A stretch of DNA of 64,000 nt, taken from contig WJMJ01000101.1 of NCBI GenBank assembly GCA_014728035.1, forward strand, positions 57,358 to 121,357, written 5' to 3'. The notes below the pieces were generated by a model, which saw only the letters and a program-made list of their open reading frames with translations, had not been told where the DNA came from and ran no database searches. Position numbers and translations under genes: made by a program. The number at the start of each line of letters is the position of its first letter. The first letter of the stretch is position 1. The stretch comes from Promethearchaeota archaeon. GTDB taxonomy: Archaea; Asgardarchaeota; Thorarchaeia; Thorarchaeales; Thorarchaeaceae. Shown piece by piece: positions 37,392 through 46,313 of this stretch.

Positions 37392-39770
37392 ATGCTGTAT
37401 AAGATTCCACCGGCCAGTCAATTGCAGGACACTCAGTTCGTCCAAGTTGAGGGTCCTGATGGACTTACGACTGGATATCAATATAATGCTGAGAGTAGAA
37501 CATTATACTTTAAAGAATCCCAGATCATTATTCCCAGTTTCCATGGTGTTAGCCATGTTGCTGAAGATCCTGTTCCCAATGCTACTGTAGATATGCCTGG
37601 GTTGATGTCAGCCGATGATAAGGCTAAATTAGAATCTCTGATCCAGATGCGTTTGGGTGTGCTTGGTTTTATGGGCGCTGGATTCCCTGATGATGGTGGT
37701 TGGATGCAGGGTGACATAATTATGGCATCTGGGTCCGAATTGTTGTCCATAGAACGCATAGGCAATGTAGTACGATTCACTGTTGATTCACAAATTCCTC
37801 TTAACTGTAACTGTGAAGCATGTGCACAGATATATTGGATTCAAGATGAAACTGATGTCAAAGCAATAAGGCCACCTTCATGTGCAGGCGTGCTTCCCGA
37901 TGTTAACGCCTATGGTGAGCTTGCCGTTTATCTGTTCCCTGAATCTGTGGTCGTTGATCCAAACAACGTTGCCGATACCATTAAGAATAAAAATGATTAT
38001 CCAGCATTAATATTCAAGAGGTATGAGGATTCAACAACTCCAGCACTTGGCCAAATGGAGATGGTACTTCGTCGCTCCACTTCTGGTACAAGTACTGTTG
38101 GTTGGTCAATGACTCCTGGGGATCCAGCACAGAATGAATTTGCTGAATGCGTATGGTTCACAGGTACGGATACCGACGGCAACCGAATTCGTTTCGACTT
38201 GCAAAGCGAGGATGACCCTGGTCTATTTGGAGCGTTACTCTACAAGGGACACACTCTCACGCGAAAAATGGGGGTTATTACAGATTATCGTCCCACAGTT
38301 CTCACTACAAACCAATATGAGGTCAGATATTGGGATATCCAAAATCAATCTCCATCAGGTTCATCATTTACCGCAACGAATATATGGAGATATAATAATC
38401 CCGAAAACGCTTTCACAAATCCTAGTGCACCCAAATCTCTCGCTCTAGATGGCTATAGCCAAGTTCTTCAAATAGGAACTTTGGTGCAATTGTGGGAGAT
38501 GAAAATTAGTGACACTGTCACTCGTCGCTATTTCAATTTGGAGCCACATCTTAGTGCAAATGTGATTTATAATTTAACTAATGCGCAGAGGTTTGGCGAT
38601 GCGTTGACTACCGAGAGCGATACCGATACCGAGACTGGCGGTGCTGCAACCGATATTCGTTTGCTGGAGAAGAAGCTGTGGGGAACCACATGGTTTGAAG
38701 ATCCAGTTTATATCAGCGAATCATCTACTTTGGTTGGTCCTTTGGGCAATCAGTTTGTTGCAGATATTGATTATGACTTGCCCGGACTCAAGGTTATCGA
38801 CCTGGGTGCCACAGATGCAGATTTTCATTATCCAGTTTTCTTATGGGATAGGCATAATCACCAAAATTTCTATGCCAAAATCCTGCTGGGACAACCAGAT
38901 AGTAGTAACTTCCCACCAATTGATATATTGTTGAGAGCACCTATTGATAGCTATGGTAATGTGTTCATGCAGGTTATTGATAGCGCTACTCCAACTGGTT
39001 CTGATCCATATATAGTTGTTAGCAATGTGTCTTGGGATGAGCTTCCCAGCACGGGTACCCTACAGATTCTAAACAATGTGGTTGAAGATTCTGATCCAGT
39101 GTATACTTGGGAATATATTACTAAAGCATGGCATCCTTATGGTATCATGCTGATTGGCACCACATCATTCCCAGTGTCTGGGGTCACATCTGTTGATCCC
39201 ACTGTGGTTGGGTTAGTGCATGAAGACTACAACGCTCCATGTTTGCGGCTGGAATTCTCTATTAATAATGATTCCGAGATAGTCCAGTTGCAATTCAAGT
39301 ATGGCATACTTGATATGAACCAATCTTACTCATTATCAGATGGCAGTATTAATGATGATAAGGTAAAAGATTTTGAAGAAAATAATTATGTAGTAAGCCA
39401 ATGGTTGCAACAAAACGGGTTTATTACATCTACGGAGAATCCATCCAGTACACCTACAGATTTCAGAGTCTATGTGGGTGGCTATCTACCAGCACCAGTG
39501 GGTAGCGTAACTGAACGATGGAATACACTAGAATTACTGGTGAGAGATGACCAATTGTGGGTGTGGTGGAACGATCTCATTATTCCACCTAGCACAACTC
39601 TTTCACCCGTGGCCGTAAATACACCATACTTCCCATTTGATACTGATGTTGATTTAGGTAAATTCGGATTACGAATGTGGCCAGGTACTAAAGTTCGTAG
39701 TTTGGCTGTTTATGACCAGAATACCATGAAAAATGAATTTATTCATGGGCAGTTACAGATTACTGCCTAA
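37392..39770 (+). CDS. Large putative structural (baseplate/fibre) protein
   Basis: ATVDMPGLMSADDKAKL fibre motif; 792 aa; AGGAG RBS. Confidence 0.65.
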   Translation: MLYKIPPASQLQDTQFVQVEGPDGLTTGYQYNAESRTLYFKESQIIIPSFHGVSHVAEDPVPNATVDMPGLMSADDKAKLESLIQMRLGVLGFMGAGFPDDGGWMQGDIIMASGSELLSIERIGNVVRFTVDSQIPLNCNCEACAQIYWIQDETDVKAIRPPSCAGVLPDVNAYGELAVYLFPESVVVDPNNVADTIKNKNDYPALIFKRYEDSTTPALGQMEMVLRRSTSGTSTVGWSMTPGDPAQNEFAECVWFTGTDTDGNRIRFDLQSEDDPGLFGALLYKGHTLTRKMGVITDYRPTVLTTNQYEVRYWDIQNQSPSGSSFTATNIWRYNNPENAFTNPSAPKSLALDGYSQVLQIGTLVQLWEMKISDTVTRRYFNLEPHLSANVIYNLTNAQRFGDALTTESDTDTETGGAATDIRLLEKKLWGTTWFEDPVYISESSTLVGPLGNQFVADIDYDLPGLKVIDLGATDADFHYPVFLWDRHNHQNFYAKILLGQPDSSNFPPIDILLRAPIDSYGNVFMQVIDSATPTGSDPYIVVSNVSWDELPSTGTLQILNNVVEDSDPVYTWEYITKAWHPYGIMLIGTTSFPVSGVTSVDPTVVGLVHEDYNAPCLRLEFSINNDSEIVQLQFKYGILDMNQSYSLSDGSINDDKVKDFEENNYVVSQWLQQNGFITSTENPSSTPTDFRVYVGGYLPAPVGSVTERWNTLELLVRDDQLWVWWNDLIIPPSTTLSPVAVNTPYFPFDTDVDLGKFGLRMWPGTKVRSLAVYDQNTMKNEFIHGQLQITA

Positions 39771-40095
39771 TATAATTATTTACAAGCTTGTCCAGATTTA
39801 TATCCTTAAATGGACATAGGGATAAATTCTGATCCCTATTTATGATTTTGGACGTTTCGATCGTCCTCTCTTTAAATTTGGGAAACCATGTGTCTTTGGC
39901 CCTGAACATGACATTTGGCACTGTATGATCTTGGAAAATCCTTGTCATTATAACGTCTTTTGTCTTATTATTGGTTATCTCCCTAGCCAACTTCTCCGCA
40001 TGTCGTTTATCCTCGTGACATCCGTAAAAGTATGGACCCTTGATTTCTAACTGGTTGTTTTTCTCGCTTATTGATGTGTATAGTACTATATGCAT
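39760..40095 (-). CDS. Hypothetical protein
   Basis: AGGAGG RBS; 111 aa. Confidence 0.6.
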   Translation of the reverse strand: MHIVLYTSISEKNNQLEIKGPYFYGCHEDKRHAEKLAREITNNKTKDVIMTRIFQDHTVPNVMFRAKDTWFPKFKERTIETSKIINRDQNLSLCPFKDINLDKLVNNYIRQ

Positions 40096-40170
40096 ATCTT
40101 TATCCCCTCCTAAAAATATTTTTACTCAAATACCACACAAAGATACGGAAAGACATCTAGGAGCATAACT

Positions 40171-40638
40171 ATGAGTGATGGTGCCTGCCCCCAACATAAT
40201 CAGATGCTCAGAGATCTGATTGAAACGTCTACAGAAGTTAAAGAGATTAAAAGAGTCCAGATAGAACATGGTAGGACACTTTCTGAGCACGGCGCGGAAA
40301 TTTCCAAAATAAGGGGAATGTATGAAGGCGCAGTGCCAAATATGGTTGAAGACATGCGCAGGATCTTCAAAGATCAAGAAGCTGCTGAAGAAACGGCTAA
40401 CCTCTATTATGCACAAGTGCGCGATATGGCTGGCGAGCAGGAGTCTATAAATGAGAGATTGGGGAAGATAGCTTCCGATGAGACTATTGACGCACTTAAA
40501 AATCAAATGATTAGCAAAGAAGTGCATCAACAGTCTATCCAAAATATTATGTTATTTGTAAAATTGGGTTGGGTGGCTATAACCATCGCCATCTTGTCGC
40601 AAATTTTAAGATGGGTGTTCAGTAGCGGAGCCATTTAA
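40171..40638 (+). CDS. Coiled-coil protein with C-terminal transmembrane helix
   Basis: Heptad-like N-terminus; LFVKLGWVAITIAILSQIL. Confidence 0.65.
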   Translation: MSDGACPQHNQMLRDLIETSTEVKEIKRVQIEHGRTLSEHGAEISKIRGMYEGAVPNMVEDMRRIFKDQEAAEETANLYYAQVRDMAGEQESINERLGKIASDETIDALKNQMISKEVHQQSIQNIMLFVKLGWVAITIAILSQILRWVFSSGAI

Positions 40639-41009
40639 TGCACGCAATCATAGTGGACGACAATGAACATCATGCTCGTCTAGCGGCGAAAATCGTAGAA
40701 CATGCATGTGGCGATAATCCAGATGTATATACAGATCCATTTATGGCATTAAGAAATTCGATGACTGAGCATCCTGATCTTATAGTTACTGATATGATGA
40801 TGCCTAAGATGGATGGAATTACGCTATTGCGTGAAATGCGCAAGGAAGGAATTTTTGCGCCAGCTATCATAGTGTCTGGACATCTAAAGCGTGTATCCGA
40901 GAAATTGCTTCCATCTAACCACATTGCGGCCATTATTCCCAAACCATTTCAAATAGAAGAACTATCAAAAGCAGTAATAGAGGCCATAGCAAAGAATGCT
41001 AGTGCCTAA
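40638..41009 (+). CDS. Stand-alone response regulator receiver domain (CheY-like)
   Basis: IIVDD, DLIVTDMMMPKMDG, IVSG, KPF. Confidence 0.9.
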   Translation: MHAIIVDDNEHHARLAAKIVEHACGDNPDVYTDPFMALRNSMTEHPDLIVTDMMMPKMDGITLLREMRKEGIFAPAIIVSGHLKRVSEKLLPSNHIAAIIPKPFQIEELSKAVIEAIAKNASA

Positions 41010-42574
41010 TCAATTTGTATCGCACTAATGAACCAGTCTGGCAGAAGCCTCATGCTGTCACACTGATTAAAAAACTTGTCAAAGTCGGAATCTAGAATAT
41101 AGGTAGTTGCCCAATCTGATTCTGATCTTATGCTACGCCCATAGGATTGGCAAAGTTTAAGCGCGGCCAGCCACAGATAATATCCCCATGATTCCTTAGT
41201 TCTAATTTGCAATTGCTTGTTCCTACTCGTATCTGCATAAGGAACCTTGACAATTACTTGAAAGCGAGATAAATCATCCTTGAGGTCCAAACCTTCATGC
41301 ATGGCTGGTGCTATTATGACAGTATTATTGCTTCTAGCGTGCACATCAATCAGATCCTCGCGTCTTGGATACATTCTTTGATGAATGATTCGTTGTGCAT
41401 TCTGCTCTTTTAATCCATCAATAATGTCGTACATAATTTGGAATGACTGGGTGTGTATAATACCCTTGTGTGCATGATGTTGCTCCATGATGCTATTTAT
41501 CTTATCTATCATGCTTGGCATGGTTGATTTACGATTCGCAAATTTCATAGATCCAGCGTAGTCTAGAATAATTGGTCTATTTTTAGTGGGGAATGTCGAA
41601 GGCAATCTGATATATTTTGTTTTGCTCAAATCAAGGCCAATGCTACTTGCATATACTTTGTGATTTAATACCGTGGCCGACATTAATAATCTTTTCTCAC
41701 CAGCGTTGAATAATAATTTAGGTGCATGATAATGGGATCTAAGGGGCTTTATTTTCACTATATTATCACTTAACTCTGGAACACAATCTATTTTCCTAGC
41801 ATAATTCCTTAGAGCATAATATCTGCTGCTTATAGATTCCCACTTTTCTTTTTCTCTAATATCATCTGAACTTAATTCTGTCATTCCGTTGAATTGATTT
41901 AGCTTTTCTAATATTTTGTTCGATAATTCCACAGCATCGAAGTAAGCCATATATTGTTCAGTGGTGTCAAATTCGGGGATTTTTATATCAAAGTCATTCC
42001 CATTAATGCGTGTTTCTACAAAATCCATAATTTGTGATTCTACTTGATGACATTCGTCTATAACTAACAATTTCCTCGTATCAGTAAATCTTTTAGCCAT
42101 GGTGCGTTGGAATAGAAAACTAGAGAAATTAAATAATGAGTATGGTGCATTATCGCATAGTGCAATCTGTTTATAATAGAAGCACTTACCAGCACATTGC
42201 GGCAATTTTGATTTTCCTGCACGTGCACATCGCCCCCTATGTGCATATACCTTGTACTCGCTGTCTGGATTCATCTGCCCATCAAGCCAACATCTATATG
42301 CATTGCGTCCACGCAAATCAACTAGATTTCCATGATCACCACCGAAATCCTTCATCAACTGTTCTTGAAGTATCTTCTGAATGGTAAGATAATACATTGA
42401 CCCAAATGCTGCCCCGACGGTCATTGCGATCACCGATTTGCCGCTGCCGGTGGGTGCCTCCAAAACAACATTATCATAACCATTGGCAAAAGCCTTAATA
42501 ACGCTTATTATGGTTTCTCTTTGATATTCGCGATATTTTGGATAAGGAAAGTATGATTTTAGATGATCTACCAA
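41006..42574 (-). CDS. DinG/Rad3-like SF2 helicase
   Basis: EAPTGSGKS, four Cys (possible Fe-S), IDECH, MSAT, EGLD, QSYGRSIRS. Confidence 0.9.
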   Translation of the reverse strand: MVDHLKSYFPYPKYREYQRETIISVIKAFANGYDNVVLEAPTGSGKSVIAMTVGAAFGSMYYLTIQKILQEQLMKDFGGDHGNLVDLRGRNAYRCWLDGQMNPDSEYKVYAHRGRCARAGKSKLPQCAGKCFYYKQIALCDNAPYSLFNFSSFLFQRTMAKRFTDTRKLLVIDECHQVESQIMDFVETRINGNDFDIKIPEFDTTEQYMAYFDAVELSNKILEKLNQFNGMTELSSDDIREKEKWESISSRYYALRNYARKIDCVPELSDNIVKIKPLRSHYHAPKLLFNAGEKRLLMSATVLNHKVYASSIGLDLSKTKYIRLPSTFPTKNRPIILDYAGSMKFANRKSTMPSMIDKINSIMEQHHAHKGIIHTQSFQIMYDIIDGLKEQNAQRIIHQRMYPRREDLIDVHARSNNTVIIAPAMHEGLDLKDDLSRFQVIVKVPYADTSRNKQLQIRTKESWGYYLWLAALKLCQSYGRSIRSESDWATTYILDSDFDKFFNQCDSMRLLPDWFISAIQID

Positions 42575-42915
42575 TTATTGCACTCCAATACGAAACCTTT
42601 AGGCTTTTCCCAAACAAAATTGCCATATTTGAAAGCATAACCACTGGTCTTTTTGCTAGACCAGATTGTTGGATAATTAATGTTACCACCATTACGACTG
42701 TTTTGCATCATCGTAGCTAAAATTGTAGCTGTGTATAGATTGGCTGGTAATATGCTTATATGCTTTTTGCTTCTATTTATTGTGATTCTAATATGATCAA
42801 GTGGCTTATCTACCAAACCTTCTAATGCCTGCTTGATAATTTTAGACAATGCATTGTCAGATTTGTGGTGATTAATAGTAACTAGCTTGGTAATTATGTT
42901 TAGATGATCTTGCAT
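42568..42915 (-). CDS. Hypothetical protein
   Basis: 115 aa, overlaps the helicase start. Confidence 0.5.
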   Translation of the reverse strand: MQDHLNIITKLVTINHHKSDNALSKIIKQALEGLVDKPLDHIRITINRSKKHISILPANLYTATILATMMQNSRNGGNINYPTIWSSKKTSGYAFKYGNFVWEKPKGFVLECNNW

Positions 42916-42941
42916 ATCAAAAATAGTCCGGAGGTGTAAAT

Positions 42942-43193
42942 ATGAAACTCACGATACTACATGAACAGGGGCATTGGCAGATAATGGGCGGTCATCCTGG
43001 ATACCCAGGCAAGAAGAAAAAGAAGAGACAAATGTCATTTTTCGTTCACCCACCTAAATTAAAAGTTAAGAAGATAAAATACGAGACACGTGAAGACATT
43101 CCAGACAAACCAAAATGGCCAACTTGGTATTCTATGACTAAGGAAGCGATTCCAGCATCCGGGCGTGCTGATAACATGCAATATTGGATGTGA
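42942..43193 (+). CDS. Small basic hypothetical protein
   Basis: GGAGG RBS; MKLTILHE; poly-Lys. Confidence 0.6.
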   Translation: MKLTILHEQGHWQIMGGHPGYPGKKKKKRQMSFFVHPPKLKVKKIKYETREDIPDKPKWPTWYSMTKEAIPASGRADNMQYWM

Positions 43194-43194
43194 T

Positions 43195-43380
43195 CTACCA
43201 ACTTACGAAGAATTCTATAACGTGAATATCATTACGCTTAATGAGTCTTCTAAATCTGCCATACATCTTGGATATTGATTCGACCCCATCATCTATTTCC
43301 ATGGCAACCAAAGCATCTGATTTAGTAACTAGTTGTGATCTGGACCCATCTTTGTAAATAACACGCCATTGTTTCTTCAC
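43195..43380 (-). CDS. Hypothetical protein
   Basis: 61 aa. Confidence 0.45.
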   Translation of the reverse strand: MKKQWRVIYKDGSRSQLVTKSDALVAMEIDDGVESISKMYGRFRRLIKRNDIHVIEFFVSW

Positions 43381-43388
43381 GATATAAT

Positions 43389-43724
43389 TTACTTTACATA
43401 TCTAAATCCACGAAATCCATTCATTGGTATTGGATATTCAATATCATGAAATATCGGGTCTAATATAATACAGCAACCTTTATACTGATTTCCAGTGGTT
43501 GTACATTTCATATTAGTGTCAAATCCAACCACTTTATGATATCCTCGCATGGCTTTATTCCAGATGAAATACACCTTATCACCAATATGTAAATTCTTAG
43601 GTCTTTTAGACACACACCAAAAGTAATTTATACTTTTGCCATTTTTAATCGCGTCAGCAACCTTCTCCTCCTCTTTTTGTATATCATCTAATTTGTTGTT
43701 GGGTATAGTTACCATAATATCCAC
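43389..43724 (-). CDS. PUA-like (EVE/ASCH-like) domain protein
   Basis: GDKVYFIW...RGYHKVVG...GFRGFRY; AAGGAG RBS. Confidence 0.5.
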   Translation of the reverse strand: MDIMVTIPNNKLDDIQKEEEKVADAIKNGKSINYFWCVSKRPKNLHIGDKVYFIWNKAMRGYHKVVGFDTNMKCTTTGNQYKGCCIILDPIFHDIEYPIPMNGFRGFRYVK

Positions 43725-43802
43725 ATTATTCTCCTTGATTTATATTTGATATACTAGTAATAAAGTCAAAAATAACAGTAGCATAACATATGGGAGATCA
43801 TA

Positions 43803-44099
43803 ATGTATACCAATTTAACCTGTAGTCAGATTGAGAAATTATTACGTGAACGTAAAGACAAAATTGATGGGCATAGTATTCAGGATGAGCCAGCCGAAAC
43901 CCCACTTGAACGTGGTCTTAAATCTACTGGTCTGACACAAGAGAAGATAGCAGATAGAGTTGGTGTTCATTCAAGTAGTATATCAAGATATAAGAAACAC
44001 AGTGGTACTGGTAAGAGAAGACCATCATTTAAAACATTAAAGAAGCTTGCTAGTACCACGGGCAAATCGCCAGAACAGCTTTTCCCTGAACTTGACTAA
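43803..44099 (+). CDS. XRE-family HTH regulator
   Basis: GLTQEKIADRVGVHSSSISRY...RRPSFKTLKKLA. Confidence 0.85.
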   Translation: MYTNLTCSQIEKLLRERKDKIDGHSIQDEPAETPLERGLKSTGLTQEKIADRVGVHSSSISRYKKHSGTGKRRPSFKTLKKLASTTGKSPEQLFPELD

Positions 44100-44126
44100 A
44101 CCTACCAGTTATGTATTTTATCAATT

Positions 44127-44729
44127 ATGAATATTAGACTAGATACCGAATGTATATTCCATCCGGTTGAGTTGGTTAATGATGATGAGTTGACTCAGAT
44201 GCTTGAGGTTGGTAAAGAGTTAATAAAGGTTGCCAAATCTTCGAAGAATTGTGCATGTTTAACTGCAAATCAGATAGGCATATCTAAAAGAGTCAATATT
44301 ATTGTTGATCATGATAATCCTAATGGATACAATATTTATGTCAATGCTGATGTAATTTCAGGAACATCCCAGACGGGATTTGTGGATGGTCTGTGCATCA
44401 ATGTTGGCACCGAATTACAAACAATCTTTGTTGATTCTATATCATTTCCACAACACAAATTGCGCTTAGGGGTTATGCCACAAGCAACTGTGTCTGGATT
44501 TTCATTAATTAGTAATGATAGGGAAGAATTTGAGGCCGAAGGCGAACTTGCACATTATTGGCAGGCTATACAATATATGTTTAATGGTGTGAATAAAGAT
44601 GACATTGTTGATCGTGATATTATGACCTTAAAAGGTAAATCCAAAGTTAAACCAAATGCGCGTTGCCCAGAATGTGGTCGTAAATTCAAAAAATGTAGGT
44701 GCGAGATCAATGAGACCATTCTGTATTGA
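44127..44729 (+). CDS. Degenerate peptide deformylase fold with C-terminal SEC-C-like Zn knuckle
   Basis: ACLTANQIG (motif 1); motifs 2 and 3 altered; KPNARCPECGRKFKKC. Confidence 0.6.
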   Translation: MNIRLDTECIFHPVELVNDDELTQMLEVGKELIKVAKSSKNCACLTANQIGISKRVNIIVDHDNPNGYNIYVNADVISGTSQTGFVDGLCINVGTELQTIFVDSISFPQHKLRLGVMPQATVSGFSLISNDREEFEAEGELAHYWQAIQYMFNGVNKDDIVDRDIMTLKGKSKVKPNARCPECGRKFKKCRCEINETILY

Positions 44730-45042
44730 ATGTGCCATTAAACACATATCTAAAGCCATCATATTGCTACAAGAATCTGAATATGTTAATATTGAATTAA
44801 ATCCGGAGTTAAGTTTTGATGAGATTTTGGATGAATGTGGTCCAGAACGCAATAATGATAAACCATATGCGGCACATCGTTATCTGGCAATAGGCCATAT
44901 GTCAGAGGCAGCTGATGAGCTTATGGAAGAATTTCCCATTACTTCTAATGCCATAAGACAATGTTGGAAATTGATGGAATCCAACGAAGCATACGTGCCA
45001 CCACTCATGGAAATATTGAACAATTTATTGACGTTGTCCTAA
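44710..45042 (+). CDS. Hypothetical protein
   Basis: MRPFCIECAIKH... Confidence 0.6.
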   Translation: MRPFCIECAIKHISKAIILLQESEYVNIELNPELSFDEILDECGPERNNDKPYAAHRYLAIGHMSEAADELMEEFPITSNAIRQCWKLMESNEAYVPPLMEILNNLLTLS

Positions 45043-45254
45043 CGTTGTTGTCTTGCGTGTTCGACAATCCAACACAATGGGCAGACAATCCATAATATTG
45101 CTACAGATAACAACATCATGATGAAGGTGGGCGTGGTCCACCATTCATCCCACCTATCATATATGTAAAAAGCCCCATATAACATACCAATAGACACTAT
45201 CATCACCGTAATGCAACCAACCTTGAAGTCTTTGAACTTCTTTTCGTTTCTCAT
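45039..45254 (-). CDS. Small two-TM membrane protein
   Basis: Two hydrophobic segments; AGGAGG RBS. Confidence 0.6.
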   Translation of the reverse strand: MRNEKKFKDFKVGCITVMIVSIGMLYGAFYIYDRWDEWWTTPTFIMMLLSVAILWIVCPLCWIVEHARQQR

Positions 45255-45320
45255 TTTATCCTCCTATTTATTTTTATATGGGCGTGATATATTATCAAAG
45301 ATACGTTAAAGGAGATCATC

Positions 45321-46262
45321 ATGACAGATCGAATGGTGTATGTAGCAGGACCTCATGCTTGTGATGACACCACAATTATTACAAATACATCTGGAATACA
45401 TGGTGGTGTCTATTATGCTGGTGAGACCAAGCCTCATCGTCCACGCGATCTGCCACAAGATCGTATTATGCATCTCACTCTAAAACGAGATATTAGTGAT
45501 AGAAGAGATTATTTACTATCACAACCCAGGCAGGCACTGCCAACACAGATAGATTACACCAAAGACATGACTCCGGTAAAAGACCAGAGGAGACTTGGTA
45601 GTTGTGTTGCATTTGCCGCATGTGCCATGAAAGAATGGCAAGAGCGCAAAGAACATAGAGCAGAAGTAGCTGAAGGCAAGGATGATCATCGAGATGGCAA
45701 GATATATGATCTTTCTGAACAATGGATTTATTATATGTGTAAGAAGATAGATCCTTGGCCTAATCAAGAAGGAACTTCAATTAGATACGCGATGAAGGTT
45801 CTTAATAAGATTGGTGTTCCTACGGAGAAAGGATGGCCTTATAACGATCTGGATGTGGGCAAACCCAAGTCATGGGCCAAACTCGTTGCTAGATGGGCAC
45901 TTGGTGGATCATATTATAGAGTTAGCAGTATGGCACAATTACGTAAAGCTCTTACTGATATGGGTCCCATACCTATTGGTGTTGGAGTATATGAAGAATT
46001 CTTTTTTGTGGGCAAGGATGGTATTGTTGCTGATCCTCGTAGACCACATATCTGCTATGGTGGTCATGCTATCTGTGCCGTTGGATATGATGATAGGCGT
46101 GGCTTAGTTAAGTTTAAAAATAGCTGGGGTCCACGATGGGGTCAGAATGGTTATGGCTATCTATCTTATAGATATATAACCAACTATATGTGGGATGCTT
46201 GGGCATGTAATGATATTAGTGTTACTACTGATATGCTAAAAGGTAAGTATGTTGGATTATAA
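45321..46262 (+). CDS. Papain-family (C1A) cysteine peptidase
   Basis: DQRRLGSCVAFA, GGHAICAVGY, FKNSWG..WGQNGY. Confidence 0.92.
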   Translation: MTDRMVYVAGPHACDDTTIITNTSGIHGGVYYAGETKPHRPRDLPQDRIMHLTLKRDISDRRDYLLSQPRQALPTQIDYTKDMTPVKDQRRLGSCVAFAACAMKEWQERKEHRAEVAEGKDDHRDGKIYDLSEQWIYYMCKKIDPWPNQEGTSIRYAMKVLNKIGVPTEKGWPYNDLDVGKPKSWAKLVARWALGGSYYRVSSMAQLRKALTDMGPIPIGVGVYEEFFFVGKDGIVADPRRPHICYGGHAICAVGYDDRRGLVKFKNSWGPRWGQNGYGYLSYRYITNYMWDAWACNDISVTTDMLKGKYVGL

Positions 46263-46313
46263 CTAGATAGTATTTTATCAAATTATTAGTCATTGTAGAG
46301 AGTAATAAAATAT

